Notes: generated by a model not told the origin, from the sequence alone. DNA of 64,000 bases from Candidatus Dojkabacteria bacterium (GCA_016931155.1 JAFGFJ010000006.1:77115-141114); one strand, 5' to 3'. Counted from the first letter of the stretch, positions 20,961 to 31,170 are shown. Program-made: numbers and translations.

Positions 20961-22265
20961 TTACCTCTTTGTTATTACTTCTTTGCCGACATAAGGCTGA
21001 AGTACTATTGGCACTCTCATACTCCCGTCAGCTTGCTGGTAATTCTCCCAGATTGCAATCAATATTCTCGGTGAAGCAATAACTGTATTATTTAGAGCGT
21101 GAGGAAAATACTTTTCTCCATCCTTTCCTTTCACTCTTATATTCAATCTTCTTGTCTGCCAGTCACCCAGGTTACTGCAGGAATGAGTTTCTCCGTAGGC
21201 ATCTCTTGATGGCATCCATGTTTCCAGATCAAACATTCTATATTTTCCTGCGCCCATATCTCCAGTGCAAAGCTGCAGCACCCGGTATGGAAGCTCTAAA
21301 TCACGAAGTATCTCTTCTGCATATTCAAGCATTTTTTCCTGCCACCTGGTGGATTCTTCGTAATCGTTCTTGCAAAATACCACTTGCTCAATTTTCATAA
21401 ATTCATGAATCCTGTAAATTCCCTTTGTATCTTTTCCGTAGCTTCCGACCTCGCTTCTATAGCACTGCGAGAATCCGGCCATTTTTAGCGGGAGCTCGCT
21501 CTCGTCAATTGTTTCTCCTGCTCGATATGCAAGAATCGAAGGTTCTGCAGTTCCTACGAGATAAAGCCCTTCTTCAGCGCTCTCTTTTTCAGGATCGATT
21601 TTTCCCGGATTTGCAACCTGGTATACTTCTTCTTTTCCGAAAGGGAAATGTCCGCTTCCTATTAGGGAAAAATCTCGAACAAGAGTAGGAGGAATCATTG
21701 CTGTAAATCCTTTTTCTATCATTTTTTTAAGACCGTGCATCATGAGTCCCATGTGCATGAGAGCAGCTTCATTTTTGAGATAATATCCCCTGAAACCCCC
21801 TGTTTTTACTCCTCGCTCAAGATCAAGGAGGTTCAGGTTTTTCCCAAGCTCAATATGATCCTTCGGTTTAAAATCAAACTTTGTCGGTTCTCCAATCTTT
21901 CTGACTTCTATATTCCCGCTCTCGTCTTTTCCGATTGGAGTGTCTGCTGATGGAATTTGTGGAGTCAAAAGGAGGAGCTCTTGAAGCTCGTTCTCAAGCT
22001 TACCAAGCTCGCTCTCTTTTCCCTGAAGCTCTATTTTGATTCGCTTTCCTTGCTCGATTGCCTCATCATCCGGTTTTCCTCCAGCCGCCTTCATTTTTTC
22101 CGCATTATCATTCCTTCTTGCCCTTAATTCTTCCACCTCTGTATTCAGTACGGAGAATTTTTTATCTACTTCGAGCAAGTGGTCAATGTCAATCGCAAGC
22201 TGTTTATTCGCTGCAGCTTCTTTGACTTTCTCGGGATTTTCCCTGATATATTTTATATCCAGCAT
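20961..22265 (-). CDS. serS: Serine--tRNA ligase
   Basis: MLDIKYIR coiled-coil arm, GTAEP, CYRSEVG, GIYRIHEFMKIE, ETHSCSN, ALNNT. Confidence 0.97.
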   Translation of the reverse strand: MLDIKYIRENPEKVKEAAANKQLAIDIDHLLEVDKKFSVLNTEVEELRARRNDNAEKMKAAGGKPDDEAIEQGKRIKIELQGKESELGKLENELQELLLLTPQIPSADTPIGKDESGNIEVRKIGEPTKFDFKPKDHIELGKNLNLLDLERGVKTGGFRGYYLKNEAALMHMGLMMHGLKKMIEKGFTAMIPPTLVRDFSLIGSGHFPFGKEEVYQVANPGKIDPEKESAEEGLYLVGTAEPSILAYRAGETIDESELPLKMAGFSQCYRSEVGSYGKDTKGIYRIHEFMKIEQVVFCKNDYEESTRWQEKMLEYAEEILRDLELPYRVLQLCTGDMGAGKYRMFDLETWMPSRDAYGETHSCSNLGDWQTRRLNIRVKGKDGEKYFPHALNNTVIASPRILIAIWENYQQADGSMRVPIVLQPYVGKEVITKR

Positions 22266-22287
22266 TTCGGTTTCAATTAAATGTAAT

Positions 22288-22578
22288 AAAAAAACCCTTG
22301 AGTAACTACAAAAAAGTAATCACTCAAGGGTCCTCTAGACGGTGCCACCTTCATATCGCAAAGGCTCTTGCCATTTGCCAACTCTTTCAGCTGTATCGGG
22401 CTTACCCGCACCGCTTCTACGGGTCTCCCGATCTACTTCTTTAAGTCATTTGGAATCGGGAAAGAGCGGATTCAATAATTTTCTCTTAGGTTTTCTCAGG
22501 ATTTGGGGGTCTGGTTCGCGTACATTTAACCCTACCTAAACCTTTTCTGTAAAGAGAAAACAATTTACTAATCTCTTG
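22288..22578 (-). promoter_or_regulatory. Serine T-box riboswitch (transcription attenuator) of serS
   Basis: Minus strand: AGUA/GAA loop E with Ser specifier UCC (22468-22470), AG bulge ACAGAAA, CUGAGA motif, Stem II, T-box AAGG-UGGCACC-GUC...GAC-CCUU (22341-22347), terminator acccttgagt/actcaagggt plus U-tract; promoter TTGTAT-17-TAATAT. Confidence 0.9.
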
Positions 22579-22671
22579 ATTGGATATTAACAGAAGCAAG
22601 CATTGAATACAAACAAAATCAGTATTTTTGTGAAATATAGATGATATTTAAGAGTACTCTTACAACTTTCT

Positions 22672-23436
22672 CTAGAGTATTTCAATGAACTTTTTAGGAT
22701 TTCTCACAAGTTGTGAGTAAAGGGGACTTCTTCCAAGCATCTTGAAAAGCGGACTCGTCTTGTCAGGAGTGAGCCTTTGAATTTTCGGTACATACCTGTA
22801 TCTGGGATTCAAAACTACTTCCTGTCTTGCATTTTTCCGAATAATGTAATACGCAAGTCCCTGTTGTCTTCGAAGGGTCGAGTAGTCAACGGTATTGTGG
22901 TTTCTGTGAATGCGGGCAAAAATTACCGGCATATTTCTCGTATTTACAAAACTATAGTAATAACCTTTTGGAATTATCAATTTCTCTCCTCTTCGTACTT
23001 TTATTATATATCCTTCCTGAACGATTGCCTCTAGAGAAAAATCGTCCCTGGATTCCAATTTTTGTGTAATTACAGTAAGGACTCCATACAGAACCTCTAT
23101 CACATCGGAGGACGTTTCATCGGCATCTCCATTCGATACAGAGTAATAAATATGAGATTTGATATATTCAATTCCTAGAAGTCCGGGAGGTAAATGAATT
23201 ACATCATATGTGAGTCTTCCTTTAAAATGAGTCTTGTGTTCAATTTTTTTCAATCCATTATATTCAAGATATACCCTTTGAGGATATACAAGTGATTTGT
23301 TCAGAAGGGTTGGAAGCAAATCAGATAAGGAGACTCTCCTCTCAAGATCGAAATTTATCTCGTTGTCAAAATGAAAGGTACCATCTCTCTGATCAAACTG
23401 TATGGGTAGTGAACAACACGATTGAAGGTCTATCAT
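22672..23436 (-). CDS. Cupin-type (archaeal-like) glucose-6-phosphate isomerase family protein, divergent
   Basis: LTYDVIHLPPGLLGIEYIKSH, EVLYG, GEKLIIPKGY, YSTLRRQQGLAYY, NPRY. Confidence 0.7.
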   Translation of the reverse strand: MIDLQSCCSLPIQFDQRDGTFHFDNEINFDLERRVSLSDLLPTLLNKSLVYPQRVYLEYNGLKKIEHKTHFKGRLTYDVIHLPPGLLGIEYIKSHIYYSVSNGDADETSSDVIEVLYGVLTVITQKLESRDDFSLEAIVQEGYIIKVRRGEKLIIPKGYYYSFVNTRNMPVIFARIHRNHNTVDYSTLRRQQGLAYYIIRKNARQEVVLNPRYRYVPKIQRLTPDKTSPLFKMLGRSPLYSQLVRNPKKFIEIL

Positions 23437-23483
23437 CTGTTCAACTATTTAAGGTAAGTATTTGCCATTTGGAAGGTCGATCG

Positions 23484-23513
23484 ATTATATGCGCCCGGAA
23501 TTGCTTTTGTCAA
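23484..23513 (-). promoter_or_regulatory. Consensus sigma70 promoter of the PGI-like gene
   Basis: TTGACA-18 bp-TATAAT on the minus strand. Confidence 0.7.
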
Positions 23514-23549
23514 ATTTTTGTAAAGAAAGCTCCCAGGAATCCTAGTCTG

Positions 23550-24644
23550 TCAGCGCCTTTGATCCCTTATTTCTTCCCAGAGTTTTTTCTCTTCTCTCGA
23601 GAGTTTTTCGGGTACTAAGACTTTTAGCTTAATATATTCGTCACCATTTCCTGATCCCTGAAACTTTGGTGCACCTTTCCCTTTCAGCCTGATAACTCTT
23701 CCAGGTTGTGTTCCCTCCGGAATTTTTATTTCAACTTCTCCATGTACTGTGGGCACTTTAATATTTCCGCCCAATGTTGCTGTTATTACATCGATTTCCT
23801 GATCGATATATATGTCATCTCCGCTTCTTTCAAATATTTCATTCTCTTTTACCTCGATGTTTACATAAAGGTCTCCATAGTCACCCCCCTTGTTACCTGC
23901 ATTTCCTTTTTCTGTGTATCTCAGTGTAATATTATCCGGAACTCCTTGCGGAACCTTTATTTTAAATTCTTCAGTGATCTGCTCTTTGGTGGAGCCTTTA
24001 CAGTTGTGGCATTTTTGATCGGCAATGCTTCCTTCACCACCGCACTTTGGACATACTGATCTTGTTTGAATTGAGCCGATGAATGTGCGTGATACTCTCG
24101 TAACATAGCCAGAGCCTTTGCATTCAGAACAGGTGACTATTTTATCAGGGTCTTCGGCACCTGTGCCCTTGCAATCTCTGCACACAATTTCTCTTTTGTA
24201 TTTTACGGTTTTTTCTGTGCCAAAAATTGCTTCGTCAAATTCCAAACTTAAAGTCATCTCGAGATTATTCCCCCTTGTTTTTGAATTCTTCTGAGATCCT
24301 CCACCGAAGCCAAACCCTCCAAAGTCAGCACCAAAAAACTGTGAGAAAATATCATTGATATTTCCAAAATCTCCTCCTCCAAAACCTTCAAAGCCTCCAG
24401 TTCCGCTAGCTCCGCCAAACCCTTGAGTTCCTGCGTGCCCATACTGATCATATGCCTGCTTTTTTGATCCATCACTTAGAATCTCGTAGGCCTCTTGTAT
24501 CTCTTTGAATTTCTCCTCTGCATCAGACGCCTTATTTCTATCAGGGTGAAATTCCTTGGCAAGCTTTCTATAAGCTGCCTTTATTTCCTGTTTTGTTGCA
24601 CTTTTTGATAGTCCGAGGACTTCGTAGTAATCTCTTTTATTCAT
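23550..24644 (-). CDS. dnaJ: Chaperone DnaJ
   Basis: J domain with HPD, G/F-rich linker, four CxxCxGxG-type repeats, C-terminal domain. Confidence 0.97.
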   Translation of the reverse strand: MNKRDYYEVLGLSKSATKQEIKAAYRKLAKEFHPDRNKASDAEEKFKEIQEAYEILSDGSKKQAYDQYGHAGTQGFGGASGTGGFEGFGGGDFGNINDIFSQFFGADFGGFGFGGGSQKNSKTRGNNLEMTLSLEFDEAIFGTEKTVKYKREIVCRDCKGTGAEDPDKIVTCSECKGSGYVTRVSRTFIGSIQTRSVCPKCGGEGSIADQKCHNCKGSTKEQITEEFKIKVPQGVPDNITLRYTEKGNAGNKGGDYGDLYVNIEVKENEIFERSGDDIYIDQEIDVITATLGGNIKVPTVHGEVEIKIPEGTQPGRVIRLKGKGAPKFQGSGNGDEYIKLKVLVPEKLSREEKKLWEEIRDQRR

Positions 24645-24791
24645 GATTTGGTACCAGCAATATTAACATGAGAATTCAATACAAACGACGATGCTGGTAT
24701 TTTTGTGGTAGAATCATTGCAGTTTCCAGGGAAAATGAAAAGAGAAGAAACAAAAGCGGGATCTGAAAAATGACTGTGAAGAATATAAAGA

Positions 24792-26459
24792 GTGACTGTA
24801 AAAAATAAAAAAATGACAGTGAAGAATACAAAAATAGATAAAAAATCGAAAAAGTCTGCAGTAAAAACCTCAAAAAAAAATGTCAGGAAGAAACAGGTTG
24901 GACTTGAAAGACCTCCTGTTGTTGCTGTTCTTGGTCATGTTGATCATGGAAAAACTTCTCTTCTTGATGCGATCAGAGGGACTAGTGTGCAGGAAGGAGA
25001 AGCTGGAGGAATTACGCAGAGTGTACGTGCTCACCAAATCACCACCAAAAACGGACAGAGAATAACCTTTATTGATACTCCCGGTCATGAAGCCTTTTCC
25101 GCTATGAGATCAAGAGGGGCAGCTGTTACTGATATTGTATTACTAGTTGTTTCTGCTGTAGATGGTGTGAAGCCTCAAACAAAAGAATCGATAAAATATG
25201 CAAAAAAGGCAGGTGCTCACATAATAGTTGCTGCAAACAAAATTGATCTTCCAGGAGCGAATCTTGAGAAACTAAAAAAAGAGCTGTCTACAAATGATGT
25301 GTTAATTGAGGAATATGGGGGAGATGCGATATTTGTTCCTGTTTCGGCAATAAAGAAACAGGGATTGGACGATCTACTGGAGAGCATTTTACTGCTTGCA
25401 GAGGTACATGGAGTTAAAGATGAAAAACCTGAAAAAGGGATTGCCCAAACAGTAGTATTGGAGTCAACAACTGATAAAAGTCTTGGACCCGTTGCATTGG
25501 TTTTAGTAAAAAGAGGTTTGTTTAAAGCTGGGAATTATACTGAGTCTGAAAGCGGTGTATCGAAAATTCGTACAATCCTTGATGAATTTCAGAAAACTCA
25601 AGACAGTGCTGATGTTTCAGATCCAGTTTGGATAGTTGGGTTGTCCAGGGCTCTTGTTACTGGAGAAGTAGTAAACATTTTTGAACAGGAGGATGAAGCC
25701 AAAGATTTCAACAAAAGTCGTATAAAAGAAACAGAAAAAGAAGGAGAGGGAACTGAAACTTTTGACCATGAGGTTCAGGATGAGGATTTAAATATAGAAC
25801 AAACTGATTTAGAAGCTCTTGCAAACCTTCTTGGACAAAATAGAGAAGAAGGAGAAAAAAAGAAACTGGACATTGTTTTGAAGACCGATGCAATTGGAAC
25901 ATTGGAGGCGGCTACGGATGAAATGAAAAAGCTTGGAGAGGAAGGACTGGAAATAAATATTTTGGATAGCGGAACTGGGGAAGTTACGGAAAAAGACGTC
26001 GAACGGGCAAAGCTTGCAAGAGGGATAGTACTGGCCTTCAGGGTTGATGTGTCGAAAGATGTTCAAGCCTTTGCAAAAAGGGAAAAAGTACTTGTCAGAA
26101 AATACGAAATAATTTACGAGATGATTGATGAAGTTGGAGCGGCTCTTCACGGACTTATGGAACCGGAAGAAGAGGAAGTAGAAGTTGCTAGAGCGCTGGT
26201 TAAAAAAGTATTTGTACTGACGAATGGGGATTTGGTTGCAGGTTCGGTTGTGACTAAAGGTAAAATTATAAAAGGGTACAAAGTTTTTGTTGAGAGAAAG
26301 GGAGAAAGGGTTGCAGATGGAAAAGTTGTCTCATTAAAACAGAATAAAAGTGAAGTTAAAGAAGTAGATAAAGGACTTGATTGCGGAATTTTGATTGAAC
26401 CAAAAGCAGAAGTAGAGGAGGGTGACGAAATAATTGCCTACAAAATAGAAAAATATTAG
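24792..26459 (+). CDS. infB: Translation initiation factor IF-2 (short form)
   Basis: RPPVVAVLGHVDHGKTSLLD, GGITQ, DTPGHEAF, NKID; most of the N-terminal domain absent. Confidence 0.96.
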   Translation: MTVKNKKMTVKNTKIDKKSKKSAVKTSKKNVRKKQVGLERPPVVAVLGHVDHGKTSLLDAIRGTSVQEGEAGGITQSVRAHQITTKNGQRITFIDTPGHEAFSAMRSRGAAVTDIVLLVVSAVDGVKPQTKESIKYAKKAGAHIIVAANKIDLPGANLEKLKKELSTNDVLIEEYGGDAIFVPVSAIKKQGLDDLLESILLLAEVHGVKDEKPEKGIAQTVVLESTTDKSLGPVALVLVKRGLFKAGNYTESESGVSKIRTILDEFQKTQDSADVSDPVWIVGLSRALVTGEVVNIFEQEDEAKDFNKSRIKETEKEGEGTETFDHEVQDEDLNIEQTDLEALANLLGQNREEGEKKKLDIVLKTDAIGTLEAATDEMKKLGEEGLEINILDSGTGEVTEKDVERAKLARGIVLAFRVDVSKDVQAFAKREKVLVRKYEIIYEMIDEVGAALHGLMEPEEEEVEVARALVKKVFVLTNGDLVAGSVVTKGKIIKGYKVFVERKGERVADGKVVSLKQNKSEVKEVDKGLDCGILIEPKAEVEEGDEIIAYKIEKY

Positions 26460-26503
26460 TGATAAAATTTATCTGATAATTTCCGGGAAATTAATTAAGT
26501 TTA

Positions 26504-27571
26504 ATGCCTTTCAGTAGTAAAACAATCACAGAAAAAGAAAGTAGAAATGTGCAAAAGCTTATAAAAGCTTCTGAGAAAATAACCGTACTTGGGCATCATT
26601 CACCGGATCCCGACTGTTTCTCTTCAATACTATCTATTGCCTGTATTCTTAAAAATATTTACAAGAAGAAAGTAGAAATTGTATTTCAAGGAAAAATTCT
26701 TCAGAGGATAGAGAACTATGCAAATGCACTTGGATTCAAAATTGAATCGACAAAAGTAACACAAAAGAAATTTAAAAATACAGACTTACTTTTCATAGCA
26801 GATGTGCAAGATACACTTCGAACAAATCCGGAAAGCATTGAATTGGATCTTAGCGGTTTTAAAAATGTGGTTATTATTGATCATCATCCGATCGATAAAA
26901 GAATCGAAAAATATCCTTTATACCGAATCTCTAGAGACACTTCATCGACAGCTGAGCTTGTTTTTAGACTTTTCAAGAGTGACATTGCAAAACTTCCAAA
27001 GAAGATGAGTAAAAAAGTTGCTGAGTTTCTTGCCTATGGAATTATTTCAGATTCAAAAAGATTTATTACTCCTCCGGTATCAAGGGAAACATTTGAAGTG
27101 ATAATCGAAATGATAGATTACGGTGTAAATATTTCTGGACTTACTTATTCGGTAACATCTTTACCTCTTGAGTGTTTTCAAATGATGGGTAAATTATTTG
27201 ACAAGATAAAAATTCACAAACTTGGATTTGGCTATATGTATCTTGAAGATGGAGATCTTCCTAGAGACAGGGATGAGGCTGATTCTCTTCTTGATTCATT
27301 TAAGCACGAAACCCAGAAAGTAAAAGACTTTGATCTATTTGTCATGTTTCAGGGGAAAAGAAAAAATAAAAAAGGACATGAGAGTAAAAAAAAATATACT
27401 TATAAAATAAGAACAAGATCAATTGAAACTGATATGACTGCATTTAATAAAAAACTGGGAGGAGGAGGTCATCCACAATCAGGCGGATCATTCATTTACG
27501 CAGATAATGATGAGGATGCACTTAGTATTCTTGCGAAAAAATACAAGCAAATTGTTTTGAAAAAATCATGA
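26504..27571 (+). CDS. nrnA: DHH-family oligoribonuclease/pAp phosphatase NrnA-like
   Basis: GHHSPDPD, IDHH, SSTAELV, GIISDS, GGGGHPQSGG. Confidence 0.85.
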   Translation: MPFSSKTITEKESRNVQKLIKASEKITVLGHHSPDPDCFSSILSIACILKNIYKKKVEIVFQGKILQRIENYANALGFKIESTKVTQKKFKNTDLLFIADVQDTLRTNPESIELDLSGFKNVVIIDHHPIDKRIEKYPLYRISRDTSSTAELVFRLFKSDIAKLPKKMSKKVAEFLAYGIISDSKRFITPPVSRETFEVIIEMIDYGVNISGLTYSVTSLPLECFQMMGKLFDKIKIHKLGFGYMYLEDGDLPRDRDEADSLLDSFKHETQKVKDFDLFVMFQGKRKNKKGHESKKKYTYKIRTRSIETDMTAFNKKLGGGGHPQSGGSFIYADNDEDALSILAKKYKQIVLKKS

Positions 27572-28284
27572 ACAGACTTGAGATAAAATTGAATTGGCTT
27601 ACTGCTCTTCTTGGAATTAACATTTTTATGTTTATAATTTCTGCTGTTATGGGACTTGTATTTGGAGAAGGGGCTCTATATTCTTTGCTTTTTCTTGGTG
27701 CAGAAAGTAGTCAATTGATCCTGAGTGGTCAGGCTTGGAGAATGATCACTTCAGCATTTCTTCATGCAAACTTTATACATATTGCGGCAAATATGTATGT
27801 TCTTTTTCAACTTGGAGGATACGTCGAAAGATTTTTTGGAGGGAAAAAACTTTTGACTGTTTATATTCTTACCGCAATAGGGGCTTCTGCTCTGAGTGTT
27901 ACTGCAAATCTTTCAGGTTTTCAGTCTGCAGGAATTTCAGTTGGGGCTTCGGGAGCAGTATTTGGTTTAGTTGGATTTGTATTCATTTCTTCATGGAAAA
28001 GTGAAAGAAATTCCTTTCACGTTGAGCTTCCTCTTGATTACAGACAACTTATTCCTTTTATTATTTTGAATCTGATCTTTAGTATTCTCATACCCGGAAT
28101 AAATCTTGCTGCTCACGTTGGTGGATTTATCGGGGGAAGCCTGTTGGCTTTTGTTTTGAAACCAGCTTATGGATTTGTAAGTGCAACAAGAGATTTAACT
28201 GGTGATATTTTATTTTATATTAGTTTAGCATTACTAATTTTTAGTTTTGTTGGTCTGATAGTTTTTAATATCAGTATTTTTTAA
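27568..28284 (+). CDS. Rhomboid family intramembrane serine protease
   Basis: WRMITSAFLHANFIHIAANM, VGASGAVFG, AHVGG. Confidence 0.94.
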   Translation: MNRLEIKLNWLTALLGINIFMFIISAVMGLVFGEGALYSLLFLGAESSQLILSGQAWRMITSAFLHANFIHIAANMYVLFQLGGYVERFFGGKKLLTVYILTAIGASALSVTANLSGFQSAGISVGASGAVFGLVGFVFISSWKSERNSFHVELPLDYRQLIPFIILNLIFSILIPGINLAAHVGGFIGGSLLAFVLKPAYGFVSATRDLTGDILFYISLALLIFSFVGLIVFNISIF

Positions 28285-28286
28285 TA

Positions 28287-28859
28287 ATGGTCTATGTATT
28301 TATTGGTCCTTCCGGTTGTGGCAAGGATACTCAGGCAAAACTTCTTGAGAGAAATTATGGTATAAGAAGAGTGAGTGTCGGTGAGATCATCAGAAAGGAA
28401 ATGGAAAAAGGGAGTAAGTTGGGAAAAAAGATAAAAGAAATTTCTACAAGAGGTAAGTGGATACCTGATGATATTGCGATTGATTTGCTTAAGAAGGAAT
28501 TGAAAAAAGATAAATATAGGGACGGATTTGTTATTACTGGTTTTCCACGGACTATATGGCAGGTAGAAAAATTTGATGAATTATTGTGTGAGAGAGGGGA
28601 GGAGATCACGGGGGTAGTTCACTTCAATCTAGATGTAGAGGAGAGTATGAAGCGGATGCAGACACAGTCGGTGGATGAAAAAAGACCTGATAGTTCAGAA
28701 AATGCTATGAAGGCCAGACTTGCTTCTTACGATAAAACAATAAACCCGATCCTTGCAGAATACGAAAAGAAGGGAGTGTTGATCCATATTGATGCTGCTC
28801 CAAGCATTGAGGATATTCATGAGGATGTTAAAAAGAAATTGAAACTGGATAATAATTAA
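28287..28859 (+). CDS. adk: Adenylate/nucleoside monophosphate kinase (short LID)
   Basis: GPSGCGKDTQA, GEIIR, GFPRT, RPDSS. Confidence 0.85.
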   Translation: MVYVFIGPSGCGKDTQAKLLERNYGIRRVSVGEIIRKEMEKGSKLGKKIKEISTRGKWIPDDIAIDLLKKELKKDKYRDGFVITGFPRTIWQVEKFDELLCERGEEITGVVHFNLDVEESMKRMQTQSVDEKRPDSSENAMKARLASYDKTINPILAEYEKKGVLIHIDAAPSIEDIHEDVKKKLKLDNN

Positions 28860-28879
28860 AGATTAGTCAGGTAATTATT

Positions 28880-29224
28880 TTGATGGGTTTCTTTGAAAAG
28901 GTTAATAAAATAGTGAAAATAATCCCGGTTGGAGAAGTCGTTTCTTACGGACAGATTGCGCATATTCTTGATAAACCCCGTTCAGCAAGACAGGTTGGAT
29001 GGGCTTTAAATGCGCTTCCAAAATCAAAGGAGAAAGATGTTCCCTGGTGGAGGGTAGTAAATTCAAAGGGTTTCCTGTCGATAAAAAACGAGGACGTTCT
29101 GGCGAAATTTAGACAAAAGGAGTTGCTCCTGAGAGAAGGAATTGAGGTGAGCGAAGAGTTTCTAGTTGATCTCAAAAAATATCAATGGGGGTTTACTGAG
29201 AATTTAAATAGAAACTTAAGGTAA
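28880..29224 (+). CDS. MGMT-family alkyltransferase-like (ATL) protein
   Basis: IPVGEVVSYGQIA, ARQVGWAL, PWWRVVNSKG (Trp replaces the catalytic Cys). Confidence 0.9.
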   Translation: MMGFFEKVNKIVKIIPVGEVVSYGQIAHILDKPRSARQVGWALNALPKSKEKDVPWWRVVNSKGFLSIKNEDVLAKFRQKELLLREGIEVSEEFLVDLKKYQWGFTENLNRNLR

Positions 29225-29226
29225 AA

Positions 29227-29856
29227 ATGGTCGATAAAAATATGATCGCAGTATCCGCATACAACAAAGTAGCGGAAGAATATTGTGCAAAGTACTTCAA
29301 TGATGATTTCGATTTTCCAGTTCTGGAGGAATTTATTACCAAGCTTCCGAAAACGGGCTTTGTTTTGGATGTTGGTTGCGGACCAGGTACTTTTACACAG
29401 CATTTTTTAAAGCACGGATTCAAAGTGGAAGGTATAGATTTATCTGAAAAAATGCTGGAAATTGCTAAACGAAATATTCCATTCGTAAACTTTAAATTGA
29501 TGGACATGCGTAATCTCAGGTATTTCGATGAATCGTTTGATGGGATTTTTGCCGGTTATTCTTTAATTCATATCCCGGGGGAGGATATTGAAAAGACCTT
29601 GGAAGGATTTTACAGAGTTATGGAGAAAAATGGGTTTCTTATGATTTCAGCTCAGAGTGGAGAAGGGGAAAAAGTTATTGATGAACCGCTTGCAAAAGGA
29701 GTAAAAATATTTTTCAACTTCTATCGACTTGATGAACTGGCAAAATTAATCGAGCAAGCAGGATTTGAGGTAGTTTACAAACAGGAGACTGAACTTCTGG
29801 AGCCTGAGGGCTCTTCCAGCGATAAAGTGAACTATATTATTGCCAAGAAACTTTAG
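29227..29856 (+). CDS. Class I SAM-dependent methyltransferase
   Basis: VLDVGCGPG, GIDLSEKML, FDGIFAGYSLIH. Confidence 0.92.
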   Translation: MVDKNMIAVSAYNKVAEEYCAKYFNDDFDFPVLEEFITKLPKTGFVLDVGCGPGTFTQHFLKHGFKVEGIDLSEKMLEIAKRNIPFVNFKLMDMRNLRYFDESFDGIFAGYSLIHIPGEDIEKTLEGFYRVMEKNGFLMISAQSGEGEKVIDEPLAKGVKIFFNFYRLDELAKLIEQAGFEVVYKQETELLEPEGSSSDKVNYIIAKKL

Positions 29857-30422
29857 GTGTAGTTTTCCTCTCTATCTTTTTTATCTTTTGTAACTGCTTC
29901 CAATAAAACAACGGCCAAATAATACACACGAAGCCAATTTTCTTCATCACTTTCTCCTGATGCGTTTTCTCCGTAAAAAGATTCCATATATTCTAAAATT
30001 TCTCGTGAGATCTCTCTATTTTCTATTCTCTTCAGTATCTCAGGATCGAGTTCTGGTGATTCGAACGAGAGAAGAGATGATAATGCAATTCTATGAGAAA
30101 TAGCATCAGGCTTTGGGTTTAGGCTTTCTCTTTTAAGCAGTTCTAAATTCACTGGTTCACCTTTAGAGCTTGTTTGAAAGAATGAGTTTAAATCTATACC
30201 AAGGGCTTTAAGATCGTCCATTAACTCTAATCGAATCTCAGTAAAAATATGATGATCAAACGGGCTAAATAAATTATCAGCTATCATACACATGCTTTCA
30301 TGAGTTGCGAGATCAAGCGCAGTACTATAATCAGTTCTCCTTTCTCTGTAGAATGCATACTTGTCGGCCGACACTTCTTTGTTATGTGATGAACTGCCGA
30401 ATATTTCTGTATATGAATCCAT
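29853..30422 (-). CDS. Hypothetical protein
   Basis: 189-aa ORF filling the gap, no recognisable family. Confidence 0.55.
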   Translation of the reverse strand: MDSYTEIFGSSSHNKEVSADKYAFYRERRTDYSTALDLATHESMCMIADNLFSPFDHHIFTEIRLELMDDLKALGIDLNSFFQTSSKGEPVNLELLKRESLNPKPDAISHRIALSSLLSFESPELDPEILKRIENREISREILEYMESFYGENASGESDEENWLRVYYLAVVLLEAVTKDKKDREENYT

Positions 30423-30509
30423 GATTTTTGAACATAAAGATGATATATAAGGATTTTATCACAAAAAGGAAAAAGTATTAACCAAACTGGTATATTTCTA
30501 CTCAGGCTT

Positions 30510-31166
30510 TCAACAATAGTGTTCCTTTTTCCACTTTTCTATCTTGCTATGATCTCCGCTTGTCAACACCTTTGGAACTTCCCAGGTTTCTCCTTCATCA
30601 GTTGTAAATTCTTCCGGTCGTGTATAGAGCGGATACTCTTCCCTGGAGCTATCCTTGTCTGAGAAAGATTCCTCGATTATAGATTCTGGGTTTCCAACAA
30701 CTCCTGGAATCAATCTTGCTATAGAATCAATTACTGCCATTGCAGGAATTTCACCTCCAGTAAGAATGAAATTGCCAATGGAGACTACTTCGTCTGCAAT
30801 ATTTTCAATTATTCGAGAATCCAGTCCCTCATAATGTCCACAAATAATAATCAAATGTTTCTTATTGGAGAGTTCCCTCGCTCTCGCTTGTGTGTACGTC
30901 TTACCTTTCGGAGATAGTGCGATCACATGGGAGCCATTTTTCTTTAGTTCTTTCACAGCCCTGTAAACTGGTTCGACTTTCATGACCATTCCTGCTCCTC
31001 CCCCAAAAGGTCTATCATCAACTGTCTTTCGTTTGTCCTTTGTCCATTTTCTTAAACTATGAATTTTTATTTTTACCAGCTTTTTATCCTGTGCTCTTCT
31101 AACGATACTCTCTGCAAATGGAGATTCAAACATTTTTGGAAAAATTGAGAGAATGTCAATTTGCAT
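30510..31166 (-). CDS. trmD: tRNA (guanine37-N1)-methyltransferase
   Basis: VDDRPFGGGAGMV, CGHYEGLD, SIGNFILTGGE, YTRP, VPKVLTSGDH. Confidence 0.97.
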   Translation of the reverse strand: MQIDILSIFPKMFESPFAESIVRRAQDKKLVKIKIHSLRKWTKDKRKTVDDRPFGGGAGMVMKVEPVYRAVKELKKNGSHVIALSPKGKTYTQARARELSNKKHLIIICGHYEGLDSRIIENIADEVVSIGNFILTGGEIPAMAVIDSIARLIPGVVGNPESIIEESFSDKDSSREEYPLYTRPEEFTTDEGETWEVPKVLTSGDHSKIEKWKKEHYC

Positions 31167-31170
31167 GGAC

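Noticed and set aside
22342-22539. 65-aa plus-strand ORF
   Set aside because: Antisense to the T-box leader; no protein features
29853-30422. HESMC as a metalloprotease HExxH motif
   Set aside because: Second His is absent and there is no other support
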